A stretch of DNA of 64,000 nt. Origin: an uncultured delta proteobacterium. Lineage in GTDB: Bacteria; Myxococcota; Myxococcia; Myxococcales; Myxococcaceae. The notes beneath the pieces were generated by a model. The model was not told where the DNA came from. It was given only the letters and a program-made list of their open reading frames with translations, and did not search any database. This document shows positions 39,187 to 49,649 of the stretch, piece after piece. The translations under genes were made by a program, and so were the position numbers. The stretch covers positions 123,685-187,684 of the forward strand of contig CAWCKH010000006.1 in assembly GCA_963796055.1 (NCBI GenBank). The letters are read 5' to 3'. The stretch's first letter is position 1; each line of letters opens with the position of its first letter.

Positions 39187-40107
39187 ATGTCGAACCGTCT
39201 GCTTGCCGTCCCGCTCGCCGCCGTTCTGGTGGCGGGCTGTGAGAAGTCCCCTGCCCCCGCCCCGTCGCCGCCCGTCGCCGAGGTGCACGTGCCCGTCCCG
39301 GCGGCTTCCGCCGCGCCGGCCGTGGCCCCCGCTCCGAAGCCCACCGGGGCTCCGGTGGACACGCTGGCGCTGCCCCGCTCGGGGCCGCCCGGGGTGGATC
39401 ACCTCGCCCGCGCGGAGAAGCTGCGCGACGACGGCGACACCGCCGGAGCGCTGGTCGAGGCCCGCCGCGCGCTGGCCGACGACGGCGAGGATTCCGATGC
39501 GCTCGCGCTCATCGCCCACCTGGCCCGCGCCTCCGGGCAGGTGACGCTCGCCGCCGAGGCCTACGAGCGCCTCGGCCGCATCGACCCCGAGGATTCGGTT
39601 CCCCTGGTCCAGGCCGCCCGGATGCGGCTCGCCGCCGGGAATGCCGAGGCGGCCGAGGCGCTGGCCCGCTCCGCGGTGGGCCGCGACGAGGGCAACGTCG
39701 AGGCCTGGCAGGCGCTCGGTCGCGCCCAGCTCAGCGCCGGTAACCTGGCCGGCGCCATCCACAGCCTCGAGCAGGGGCGGACCCTCGAGCCCTCGCACGG
39801 ATGGGTGCTGAACAACCTCGGGTTCGCCTACCTGCGGGCCAGCCGCAACCCCGAGGCGCTGGAGGTTCTCGAGCGTGCCGCGGAGCTGCTCCCCGAGGCA
39901 GCGGTGGTGCAGAACAACCTCGGCGTCGCCCGGGAGCGCACCGGTGACCTGGAGGGCGCGCGCGCCTCGTACGCGCGCTCGGCGCTGCTTGCCCCGAAGT
40001 ACGTCAAGGCCCGGGTGAACGGCGAGCGCACGGCGATGCTCCGCTCCGCTGCCGACGCGGGGGTGGACGAGGCGCATTCGCCGGAGCCGGCTGACGGCGA
40101 GGAGTGA
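39187..40107 (+). CDS. TPR-repeat lipoprotein
   Basis: VAGC lipobox, Pro-rich linker, TPRs (AWQALG, NNLGFAY, NNLGVA). Confidence 0.85.
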   Translation: MSNRLLAVPLAAVLVAGCEKSPAPAPSPPVAEVHVPVPAASAAPAVAPAPKPTGAPVDTLALPRSGPPGVDHLARAEKLRDDGDTAGALVEARRALADDGEDSDALALIAHLARASGQVTLAAEAYERLGRIDPEDSVPLVQAARMRLAAGNAEAAEALARSAVGRDEGNVEAWQALGRAQLSAGNLAGAIHSLEQGRTLEPSHGWVLNNLGFAYLRASRNPEALEVLERAAELLPEAAVVQNNLGVARERTGDLEGARASYARSALLAPKYVKARVNGERTAMLRSAADAGVDEAHSPEPADGEE

Positions 40108-40214
40108 CTCCGTCGCTGCGCCCCGGTCGAAACAGGGCCGACGCTCCAGCCAGTTCCCGGAGCGTCGGCCTCGGCCGTTCCGGTGTTACGCTCCCCGCTC
40201 CTTCTCCAGCTCTG

Positions 40215-42747
40215 ATGCCCCGCCGCGCTCCTCGAACGTCGTTGCTCCGCCGGCTGCTCCTCGCCTGCTGCGTGCTGCTGCTCGCCGGGGCAGGGGTGCT
40301 GGTCGGCGTGTTCCTCTGGTTCAGCCGCGGCCTGCCCTCGGTGGAAGCGCTCCGCGACTACCGCCCCCCCCAGGTCACCAAGGTCACCTGCGCCGACGGC
40401 AGCGTGTGTGCCGAGTACTTCCTGGAGCGACGGACCCTGGTGGACGCGGCCACCCTTCCGGCGCACGTGCGCAACGCCTTCCTCGCCGCCGAGGACGCCG
40501 ACTTCTACCGGCACGAGGGGCTGGACTACGTGGGCATGGTGCGCGCGGGCATCAAGGCGCTGCTCCCGGGCGGCCATCTCACCGGCGCCTCCACCATCAC
40601 CCAGCAGGCGTGCCGGAATCTCCTGCTCTCGCAGGAGCGAAAGCTGAGCCGGAAGATCCGCGAGTGGATCCTCACCCCGCGGATGGAGCGGGCGCTCACC
40701 AAGGACCAGATCCTCAACCTGTACCTGAACCAGATCTACTTCGGGCACAACCGCTACGGCATCGAGGAGGCTGCGCTCTACTACTTCGGCAAGCACGCCT
40801 CGGCGCTGAGCGTCTCCGAGGCGGCGATGCTGGCCGGCGTCGTCCAGCAGCCCGAGCGCATCAATCCGGTGACCAGCATGACCCGGGCGAAGGCCCGCCA
40901 GACGTACGTGCTGGAACAGATGGTGAAGCACGGGCTGTTGCCCGCCCGGGAGGAGGAGGCGGCGCTGAAGGCCCTGGTGGTGCTCGGGCCCCGACCCCGA
41001 CCGTCCGTCGGCCCCTACTACGTCGAGGAGATCCGCCGGATGCTGGTGGCGCGCTACGGGGACGCGACGGTGCTCACCAGCGGGATGCGGGTGGAGATCG
41101 CCATGGACCCGAAGCTCCAGGCGCTGGCCGACGGTGCGCTCCGCGAGGGCCTGGAGACGCTGGACCGGCGCATGGGGTACCAGGGCCCGCTGGGTGAGCT
41201 CGACGCCAGGCGCTTCGGGCAGCTCCGCACGCTGCTGGAGAAGCGGCTCGGCGACGCCGGCCGACGCAGCCAGGAAGGCGCCCTGGTCGCCGACCTCTCG
41301 CGCCTCGCCCGCCCCCGGGAGAAGCCCGGCGAGGAGGAGGAGGGGGCGGAGGAGCGGCCGGAGACCAGCGCCGAGGGCGAGGCCGCGCCGACCTCCGACG
41401 AGGTGCTGGTACGCGCGGTGCCGCTGGTGCCCATCCGAGAAAGCCTGCGCCTGGGCGGCTACGTCACCCAGGTGGACGACGCACGCAAGGTGGCGACCCT
41501 GGACTTCGTGGGGAGATCGGGCACCCTCAGCTTCCCCAGCGTGGCCTGGGCCCGCCCCCGCGGGGTGGGCAAGTGGACCGCTGCCCCGGCCAAGCTGTCC
41601 GACGTCCTGAAGGTCGGGCAGCTGGTGCGCGCCCGCATCCTCTCGGTGCCGGCGGGCGGCAAGCCGATGGAGGTCACCCTGGACCAGGTGCCGGAGGTGC
41701 AGGGTGCCCTCACCGTCATCGACCCGTCGACCCGGCGGGTGCTGGCGCTGACCGGCGGCTACGACTTCGCCCGCTCGTCCTTCAACCGCGCCACCCAGGC
41801 CCACCGGCAGCCCGGCTCGGCGTTCAAGCCCTTCATCTACGCCGCGGCGCTGCAGAGCCAGAAGTTCACCCCGGTCTCGGTGCTCAACGACGCACCCGAG
41901 GCAGTGCGCGATCCGTGGACCGGCAAGGTGTGGAAGCCCCACAACTACGAGAAGAGCGGGTTCGAGGGTCCGATGACCCTCCGCCAGGCGCTGACCAAGT
42001 CGAAGAACACCATCTCCATCCGGCTCATCGAGGCCATCACCCCCCAGGTGGCGATCGACTTCGCGCGCCGGGCGGGCATCCGCTCCGAGATGCCGGACAA
42101 CCTGACCCTGGCGCTGGGGACGGGCGAGGTGACCGAGCTGGAGCTGGCGAACGCGTACACCACCTTCGCCGCGCTGGGGAAGTACGCCGACCCCATCCTC
42201 CTGGTCCGGGTGACCGACGGGCACGGCACGGTGCTCGAGGAGCACCAGGCCGCCGCCGAGGAGACGATTCCGCCCGCGGTCGCCTACCTCGCCACCTCGC
42301 TGATGCGGAGCGTGGTGGAGGAAGGCACGGCGGTCGCGGTCCGCGAGCTGGCCCGCCCCGCCGCCGGAAAGACCGGCACCGCCAACGAGTACCGCGACGC
42401 CTGGTTCAGCGGCTACACGCCGGATCTCGTGGCCACCGCCTGGGTGGGCTTCGATGATCATTCCAGCCTGGGAAGCGGTGAGACTGGCGGCAAGGCTGCG
42501 CTGCCCATCTGGCTGGGCTTCATGCGCGGGGCGCTCGACGGGAAGCCGGCACGCGACTTCGACATGCCGTCCGGGGTGCAGAGCGTCCGGGTGGATCCCG
42601 AGCTCGGGGCTCCTCGCCGGGGCGCACGTGCCGGGCCGGACCGAGAACTTCCTCGAGGGCACCGCGCCCACGGCCGAGGCGCCGCCGCCCGGCGAGGCCA
42701 GCCCGGACCGCTTCCTCATGGAGGAGCCCGGCCGGGCTCGGCTGTGA
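40215..42747 (+). CDS. mrcA: Class A penicillin-binding protein 1A, +1 frameshift near 42598 close to the C-terminus
   Basis: TM anchor, AEDADFYRHEG, GASTITQQ, RKIRE, YLNQIYFG, SAFK, SKN, KTG; natural C-terminus (GRTENFLEGTAP...FL) in the next frame, ending at 42747. Confidence 0.92.
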
Positions 42748-43974
42748 GCGCGGCCTTCGCGCTCGCAGGGGCGCTGCTCGCCGCGGCGCCCGGGGACCGA
42801 GCCCCGGCGGTGGAGGTGCTCGCCGACCAGCTCCGGGACGCGCTGGTCGCCGCCCGCCCCGAGCCACCGGTCGCGGTCGCGGTCCAGGGGCCGTCGGCTG
42901 CGCTCTCCGAATCGGTGGGAGCGGTGCTCGCCGCCCGGCTGAGCGGGGCCGGCCTCCCCGCCTTCGTCCTCCCCGGCGGCCCCGAGGCAGTCTCCCGGGC
43001 CCGGGGCCAGGGCGCCAGGAGCCTCCTCAGCCTCCAGCTCCGGCTCGACGGCGAGCTCGCGGCCGCCGGAGAGCTCCGGAGCGTGTGGCGGAACTTCTGG
43101 GCCGGCCGGACCCCGGTGGAAGCCGGACCGGCACGCCTCGTCTCCGCGGCGGCCCTGGCGGATCCCGCGACCGTCTTGCTCGCCGGCGCAGGAGCAGCGG
43201 GCCCGGCCCTGGTGCTCGATCCGACGCCGCTGGCGCGCTTCGCGGTCCGGACGGCGGCGCTCGCCGCCGGTGACCTGGACGGGGACGGCCGGCCGGAGCT
43301 CGCGGTCCTCGTCGGCGACGAGGTGGTGGTGCTCGACGCGGGTGGGCAGCCGGTGGCCCGGCACGGGCTCGGCGATCTCCCCCCGGCCGCGGCGCCGGTG
43401 CGGGAGCCGTTCGGCACCGTGTGCATCGCCAACGGGCTTCTGGCGGTGGCCTGGGCGAGGGCAGAGCCAGCGGTGGCGTTGCAGCTCCGAGGCTCCCAGC
43501 TGGTGCGCCTGTCGGCAGGCGGCGGGCCGACGCTCGGCTGTGGCGAGTCCGCCGAGCCGGCCACCTTCGTTCCCGGGGTCGCGAGGCTGGCGATCGGTCG
43601 CGGTCAGGGGCAGCAGAGTCGTCTGGGGCGGGGACGCGCGCGGCGGACATCGCCTGCTGCTCTTCCCCGACGGGACGGCGCGCTGGTCGGCCCCGGGTGC
43701 CAGCGCGCGGGTGCTCGGGCAGGTTGGCGCCGGCGCCGCGCTCGTGTCCTCTGGTGGCGAGATGCGCGTCGCCGCGAGCAGCGCGTCGGCGGCCGCCGCC
43801 GAGGACCGGCTCCGGCTGCTGGGGCCGGGCGGGCAGGAGCCCTCCATCGGCGTGCCCGGGCGCATCCTACAAGTCGTCGCCACCGCAGATCTCCGCGGGG
43901 CGCCCGCCCTGGTCCTCGGGGTGTGGACGGCCGATGGCGGGTCCGAGCTGCGCATCGTCCGGGGGCCCCGGTGA
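42744..43974 (+). CDS. Secreted FG-GAP/VCBS-repeat-like protein, +1 frameshift near 43600
   Basis: GTG start overlapping the PBP stop, signal-like N-terminus, AAGDLDGDGRPELAV and ATADLRG motifs. Confidence 0.72.
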
Positions 43975-45323
43975 GGGTCCGGCGCGCGGTCATCGCGTCC
44001 TTCCTTCTCTGGATCGCCTTCCCCGCCCCCGCCATGGCCGCTGCCCGGGCCCGCATCGGCGGGACCTTCCGGCTCGCCCTCCTCCCCGAGGTGCACGCCG
44101 ACCGGTCAGGCGAGACGCCGGAGGGGGCGGTGGCGCGAGGACTGCTCGCCGCACCGCTCTGCCGCCTGGACGCGGCGGGTCGCCCCCACCCGCTCCTCGC
44201 GGACGTCCGGCGAACCACGGAGGGAGTCAACGTGGTGCCTCGGCCCGGAGCCCGCTTCGCCCGGGGCACCACGCTGGGGTCGGTCGAGCTCGCCCAGGGC
44301 TGGCTAGGGGCGCTGGAGCGGAGTCCGGAGGCGCGCGCGCTCCTCGGCCCGGTGCGCGACCCGGCCTCCGTCCTGGAGCGCGCCACACGGGCGCGCGGGA
44401 CGGGCCTGTCCCTCCCCCTCCTCCACCCCTGGCCGGACCTCGAGGCGAGCCTCTGCCACCCGGCGCTCACGCCGGTGCTCGACGGGGCCGGCGACGGTGT
44501 CGGGCCGTACGTCGCCGACGGCCCCGAGCGGGCGCACGCCTCCACCACCTTCCCGGAGGGCCGGCCGTACCCGGACGCGCTCGCCCTCGCCGCGTTTCCC
44601 CGGCGCGCGGCGCAGCGAGCGCTGGAGTCACACGGCGCGCAGGTGCTGCTCGGGGACGGAGGTGACCCGACCGCGCCCGAGCTCTTCGCCACCTATCTGG
44701 TGCACCGGCCCGCGGCCCGCCCGCTGGTGGCGCTCCTCGGTGGACGGCTCGACCGTACGGCGCTGGTCCGGAGCTTCGTCGGCGGGCCGGCGGCCGCCAT
44801 GGCCGGGCTGCTTCCCCCCGCGCTCGGGGGTCCCGAGGGTCCCGGTGGGAGCGCCTCGCCCGCGCGCGGCTCCGGCACCGCCCTGCTCCTCTACGTCCAG
44901 GATCGGCCGCGCCAGCGCGCCGTCGCCCAGCGGCTGCAGATCCTCCTGCGCGATGCAGGGGTGCAGCTGACGCTCGGGCCGCGCAGCGCGGAGGCGATCG
45001 ACCGCGACTGGCGCGCCGGCCAGGGTGACCTCGCGCTCCGCTCGGTGCTGCTGCCCCCGGTGCCGGCGGCAGCCCTGGCGATCGTCCTCGAGCTCGCCGG
45101 AGACCCCGAGCTGGGCCGGCGTGAGCTCGCCGCGCTCGGGGCGGTGGCGGATGGCGAGACCCGCGGGGCGCGCGCCCGCGAGCGAGCCCTCAATCTTCTA
45201 GGGGTGCTCCCGGTGCTTCCCCTCTACGTCGAGGGCCTGCGGGCCGGGGTGGACCCGTCTCTGGTGGACGCCCGCCGGGACGGCTTCGGGCTGCTGGTCC
45301 TCGACGATGCGTGGTTCCCCTGA
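43971..45323 (+). CDS. ABC-type family 5 substrate-binding-like protein
   Basis: GTG start, signal peptide, R.GGT.R, L..LD..G...P.LA, GVGPY, GRPY.D, LPLY...DAWFP. Confidence 0.75.
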   Translation: MRVRRAVIASFLLWIAFPAPAMAAARARIGGTFRLALLPEVHADRSGETPEGAVARGLLAAPLCRLDAAGRPHPLLADVRRTTEGVNVVPRPGARFARGTTLGSVELAQGWLGALERSPEARALLGPVRDPASVLERATRARGTGLSLPLLHPWPDLEASLCHPALTPVLDGAGDGVGPYVADGPERAHASTTFPEGRPYPDALALAAFPRRAAQRALESHGAQVLLGDGGDPTAPELFATYLVHRPAARPLVALLGGRLDRTALVRSFVGGPAAAMAGLLPPALGGPEGPGGSASPARGSGTALLLYVQDRPRQRAVAQRLQILLRDAGVQLTLGPRSAEAIDRDWRAGQGDLALRSVLLPPVPAAALAIVLELAGDPELGRRELAALGAVADGETRGARARERALNLLGVLPVLPLYVEGLRAGVDPSLVDARRDGFGLLVLDDAWFP

Positions 45324-46960
45324 TGCGCCTGCGCACCCTGCTCCTCCTGGCATTCGCGCTGCTCGCGCTGCTTCCCCTGGCGGTGACGGTTCCGCTGGCG
45401 TCGCGACGCATCAAGGAGACCTTCGCCCGCGAGCTGGCCGCGCGCGCCGACGCCGCCGCGGGCCTCGCCGAATCCGAGCTGGAGAGGCTCCGCGCCGAGG
45501 TCGAGCAGTCGGTCACCGCCTGCGCCATCGACCCGGGGACGGAGTCGGTGGCGCTCCAGCTCGAATCCGGCGTGCCGCCCGCCGCGGACGCGATGCGTGC
45601 GGTGGCGCTGGGGCGGAGCGTGACGGTGCTCACCCTGCGGGATGCCGCCGGGGTGAGCCGCTCGAGCGCCTTCCTTCCGGCGCGGGTGGGCGACGTCGAG
45701 CCCGGGCTCGCCTCGGTACGCAGCGGGGAGCCGGCGGTGGTGGTGCCGGTCGAGGTGCAGGCCCCGGAGGGCGTTCAGCTGCGGTCTGCGCTGGTGGCGG
45801 CACGCCCGGTGGAGGCGGCGCATGGGAACGCGACGCTCGTCGGAGGCCAGGTGCTCGACGACGCCTGGGTCGGTCGGCTGGCCCGGCTCACCGGAACACG
45901 GGTGGAGCTCGAGGGTCCGGGACTCACCCCGGCCGCGGCCGGGGCCGCCGAGGGGCGGACGGTGCGCCGGCAGATGTCGCTCGGGCCTGCGACGCTCACG
46001 CTTGCAGTGGGGAGCGCGGCGGCGGACGAGACCCGCGCGGCGCTCCGGAGGGCGCTGGTGGCCGCTGGCGCGCTCGGGCTCACGCTCGCCCTCGTCGCAG
46101 GCTTCCTCTTCGCCCGGGGCATCACCCGGCCGGTCGAGGCGCTCACCGCGGGCGTTCGCTCCGTGGCCGGGGGCGCGCTCGACACCCGGGTTCCCTCGGC
46201 GGGGAGCGGCGAGGTCCGCGTCCTGGTGGACGCGTTCAACCGGATGACCGAGGACCTGGGGCACGCCACCCGGGCGCTGCGGGCCGCGGAGCAGGCGGCC
46301 GCCTGGGAAGGGGTGGCCCGAAGCCTGGCCCACGAGCTGCGCAACCCGCTCACCCCGCTCCAGATGTCGCTGGAGACGCTGCTCGCCGCGCGAACGGCCC
46401 GTGACCCGCGCTTCGAGGCGCTGTTCGTCGAGAGCGCCCCGGCGATGCTGGAGGAGGTGGAGCGGCTCCGGCGCACCATCGACGCCTTCGCCCGCTTCGC
46501 CCGGCTGCCGGCCGCCCAGCTCGAGCCGCTGGACCTGACCGCCTGGACGGAGCAGGCCCTCGCCATCGCCGGTGCCCGGCCGAACGTCGCGCTCGGCTGG
46601 GAGCCGGGGCCACCGCTTCCCGTCCGTGCCGACCGGGATCAGCTGGCGCAGCTCCTCCACAATGTCTTGAAGAACGCCGAGGAGGCCATGCCCGGCCGGG
46701 GGCAGGTGACGGTCCGGACGCGCGCCGACGGCGACCGGGCGGTGCTCGAGGTCGAGGACACCGGCCCTGGCATTCCCGCCGCCGACCGGGCGCGGGTGCT
46801 CGAGCCGGGCGTCACCAGCAAGGGGAGCGGGACCGGGCTCGGGCTGGCGCTGGCGGCGCGCATTGCCCAGGGGCACGGGGGCACCCTGGAGGTGGACACC
46901 GGCGGGGCCGGCGGCGCCCTTCTCCGGCTGCGCATCCCGCGGGCGCCCGGCGCGGGCTGA
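45323..46960 (+). CDS. crdS: HAMP-domain sensor histidine kinase (NtrY/CrdS-like)
   Basis: Two TMs, HAMP (ITRPV...GEVRVL..AFNRM), AWEGVARSLAHELRNPLTP, NVLKNA, DTGPG, GTGLGL; crdS name assigned from synteny. Confidence 0.75.
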   Translation: MRLRTLLLLAFALLALLPLAVTVPLASRRIKETFARELAARADAAAGLAESELERLRAEVEQSVTACAIDPGTESVALQLESGVPPAADAMRAVALGRSVTVLTLRDAAGVSRSSAFLPARVGDVEPGLASVRSGEPAVVVPVEVQAPEGVQLRSALVAARPVEAAHGNATLVGGQVLDDAWVGRLARLTGTRVELEGPGLTPAAAGAAEGRTVRRQMSLGPATLTLAVGSAAADETRAALRRALVAAGALGLTLALVAGFLFARGITRPVEALTAGVRSVAGGALDTRVPSAGSGEVRVLVDAFNRMTEDLGHATRALRAAEQAAAWEGVARSLAHELRNPLTPLQMSLETLLAARTARDPRFEALFVESAPAMLEEVERLRRTIDAFARFARLPAAQLEPLDLTAWTEQALAIAGARPNVALGWEPGPPLPVRADRDQLAQLLHNVLKNAEEAMPGRGQVTVRTRADGDRAVLEVEDTGPGIPAADRARVLEPGVTSKGSGTGLGLALAARIAQGHGGTLEVDTGGAGGALLRLRIPRAPGAG

Positions 46961-47015
46961 TCACGAGAGCCGAAACCACCCTGGTTGATCGGTCGGTGGT
47001 CTCGGCGATGAGCGG

Positions 47016-48833
47016 TCAGTCGCGGACCGGAGTGGCCTTGAGCGCCGCGCGCCCGTCCTTCACGTAGACCTGAAAGCGCACGGTGCGGCAGCCGTACTTC
47101 TGCACCAGCTGGTCGCGGTTCTTCCGGAGCTTGCCGGCGAACTTCTCGAAGGTGAGCGCGTCGCCGCTCTCGCCGCAGCGCTCGCGCACCGCCAGGAACT
47201 CGTGGAACACGTCCTGGAAGTGGACCTCGTCCGGCGGCACCGCCTTGGGGAGCGGCTGGGGGCGAGGGCCCGAGACGCGGGAGGAGGCCAGCAGCTCCGG
47301 CGAGACGTCGGCGACCCGGGTGGCCTCGGGGATGGCGTTGGCCGCGGGCCCGAGCGCGGACGCCGGGGGCAGGTTGAAGTCCGGCAGGTTCGGGATGGGG
47401 TACGCGGTGGTGGGCTGGTGGTCGTAGTCGAGCGGCGCGGGGGCCGGGGCCGGCTTGGGAGGCGCCGGGCGCGGCGGGGTGGCCGGCGACGGCGAGAGCC
47501 GCTGCGAGGGAGGCCGCGGCGGGGGGGTGGGCTCCGGAGGTGGCGGCATGGCGTCGAGCAGCGCAGCGAGATCGTCGCGCGGGGGCTCGCGCGGGGTCCG
47601 GGGCCCGGGCAGCCCGTCGGACGCGGCGAGCGGCTCGACCGCGTTGGGCTCGTCGGAGGGCTGCATGGCCTCCGGCGGCGGAGGCGGCGGCTCCACCGCG
47701 CGGGGCGGGGTCTCCTCGAGCTCGATGGCGGTCCGGGAACGCTGCGCGGCGCGTGGCTCGGCCGCACGGGCGGTGGCCTCCGGCGCACGGAACACGGGCG
47801 GCGGCGCGGTGGTGAGCCCGAAGAGACCGCGCCGGCGGCGGGGCCCGGGCTCGGTGTCCTCCTGGGGCTGGGTCCGTGCCTGTGGAGCGTCCTGCCCCAT
47901 CCACAGCCACAGCGCCGCCAGCCCCACCAGCAGGAAGGCCATCGCGCCCAGGCTGAAGCGCTGGGTGTCGGCGAGCGCGGACATGGCCGGCTCGGTGCTG
48001 ACCATCGCCAGTGCCTCGAGTGGCTGGCCGGGCACTCCGCGCCGGAGCGCGACCCGGAGCGCAGGGTCAGGCCCGCTGGCGAAGAGCGGCAGCCGGAGAA
48101 ATCCCAGCGACCCCGCCGGGCCTCGCACCACCACCGCGCTCTTCCCCACCGGCGTCTCGCGGAGTGCGTCCGGGAGACGGGACTTCTCCGGACCACCGCT
48201 GGAGACGAGCTTCCCGGCCTGGACCAGACCGAGCGCGGCGAGCCCGGTCTCCAGCGCCACCTGGTCCGCGGTGCCCTCGGGGAGCAGCGGTCCGCCGACG
48301 ATGAGCGTCCCCTGCGCGCGAGCCTCCTTGTCCGAGCCGAGCAGGGGAAAGGAGAAGAAGAGGTACGAGATGCCGAATGCCTCGCGGGTCTGCCCGTCGC
48401 TCCCGGCACCGGCGACCGCGTCGGCATCGAGGCCGGTCAGTGCGGAGCCGGGTGCATCGGCCCCGCGGGCGAAGACCGCCCCGTTGTCGGTGCGAATGCC
48501 GAGGACCAGGCCCGGGCGAAGGCCGCTGGAGACGGCGTCGGCCGCGTTGCGGCGCACGCTGATCATCCGCTCGGAAGCGAGCTCGGACTTTCCAGCCCGC
48601 AGCGCCTCGGCGGTGACGAAGGCTCCCGGCGAGCTCCCCAGCCGGAGCGCCAATCCCTGGAGCTCCGCTCGCCGCCCGGCGAGGCGGACGGAGACCGCAT
48701 CCACCCCGCGCTGGGCGTAGGAGGCAGCCTGGTCCACCGCCTTCTCGCTGAGGGACGACGCGGTGAGGGAGAGGTCCGCCAGCCAGAGCGCGAGCGCTGG
48801 CAGCGCGAACAGAAGCAGCTTGATGCGGGACAT
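47016..48833 (-). CDS. MXAN_5187-family membrane protein with Pro-rich linker
   Basis: Two TMs, Pro-rich region, C-terminal HFQDVFHEF...RERCGE..LTFEKF..KL...VRFQVYVKDGRAALKATP. Confidence 0.8.
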   Translation of the reverse strand: MSRIKLLLFALPALALWLADLSLTASSLSEKAVDQAASYAQRGVDAVSVRLAGRRAELQGLALRLGSSPGAFVTAEALRAGKSELASERMISVRRNAADAVSSGLRPGLVLGIRTDNGAVFARGADAPGSALTGLDADAVAGAGSDGQTREAFGISYLFFSFPLLGSDKEARAQGTLIVGGPLLPEGTADQVALETGLAALGLVQAGKLVSSGGPEKSRLPDALRETPVGKSAVVVRGPAGSLGFLRLPLFASGPDPALRVALRRGVPGQPLEALAMVSTEPAMSALADTQRFSLGAMAFLLVGLAALWLWMGQDAPQARTQPQEDTEPGPRRRRGLFGLTTAPPPVFRAPEATARAAEPRAAQRSRTAIELEETPPRAVEPPPPPPEAMQPSDEPNAVEPLAASDGLPGPRTPREPPRDDLAALLDAMPPPPEPTPPPRPPSQRLSPSPATPPRPAPPKPAPAPAPLDYDHQPTTAYPIPNLPDFNLPPASALGPAANAIPEATRVADVSPELLASSRVSGPRPQPLPKAVPPDEVHFQDVFHEFLAVRERCGESGDALTFEKFAGKLRKNRDQLVQKYGCRTVRFQVYVKDGRAALKATPVRD

Positions 48834-48911
48834 CCCCTTCCTTTGGGGCGGGTCGAGACGAACCTTTATAGGCCGCCGGGCGGCGGCCCTTCAAGGGAAC
48901 GTGGCGGTGCT

Positions 48912-49268
48912 TCAGCTGCCGTCGGTGGGCAGATCTGCGAGCGCCGGACCCGAGTGGTCGTGTCGCCGGTCGACATACTTCTTCGCCGCCCGCTCCACGC
49001 GGTCCGAGGCGGCGGCGATGGCGCGGTGAATCTCGTCGGAGGTCTCGGTGATGTGCAGCGCCGGGTGGCCGGGGACGTGGACCGTGACCCGGGCCTCCTT
49101 GTCCATGCCACCCTTGTTCTCGCCGGTCGTATCGACCAGGTACACCTCGACCTGGACGGCCGGTTCACGTCCCAGCACACGGTCCAGCGCGCGGCCGAAG
49201 TGGACCTCGCAGTACTCGCGGAGCGCGTCGGTGACCTGGATGTGAACGCCTCGTACCAGCAGTTGCAT
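48912..49268 (-). CDS. HPF/RaiA family ribosome-associated protein
   Basis: MQLLVRGVHIQVTDALREY...AIAAASDRVERAAKKY. Confidence 0.82.
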   Translation of the reverse strand: MQLLVRGVHIQVTDALREYCEVHFGRALDRVLGREPAVQVEVYLVDTTGENKGGMDKEARVTVHVPGHPALHITETSDEIHRAIAAASDRVERAAKKYVDRRHDHSGPALADLPTDGS

Positions 49269-49315
49269 GGGAGGAGCCTCCTTGGGCCTGGGCTGCCTGT
49301 TATGGTGCCTTGCCC

Positions 49316-49636
49316 ATGGAAGGCAACCCCGAGTCGGAGCGATTCGTCCAGGTGGCCCAGGCAGAGGACCCGTTCACCGCGGATGCGCTGGAGGCCACCC
49401 TCCGGGCGGCGGGCATGGCGGTGCTGCGCACGGACCATCCGGGCACCTCCGGGGTGGAGTCGCTCGGCACCGGCTGGGCGCTGCCCTGGTTCGAGCTGAG
49501 CGTGCTCGAGGAGCACGCGGCGCGGGCCCGCGACCTGGTGGACGCCGAGCGCCGGCGGCTGGCCGAGACGGCGCCCGAGGCCGAGCGCGCCGCCGAGGAC
49601 GAGGAGCGCGAGTCGGAGGGGTCCGAGCCGTCCTGA
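49316..49636 (+). CDS. DUF2007-like small protein
   Basis: A.DPFTA..L...L..AG...ELSV.EE....A..L pattern. Confidence 0.65.
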   Translation: MEGNPESERFVQVAQAEDPFTADALEATLRAAGMAVLRTDHPGTSGVESLGTGWALPWFELSVLEEHAARARDLVDAERRRLAETAPEAERAAEDEERESEGSEPS

Positions 49637-49649
49637 GGCTGCGAGGGGC

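Noticed and set aside
39828..44096. 1422-aa antisense ORF, and similar long shadow ORFs opposite dnaB, clpB, mrpB and rpoD
   Set aside because: They mirror real genes; stop-poor reverse frames are expected at this GC content and they carry no motifs
40104..45323. 1739-aa PBP1A-FG-GAP-SBP fusion protein
   Set aside because: Natural C-termini, stops, GTG starts and internal signal peptides exist in adjacent frames; two single-base insertions explain it
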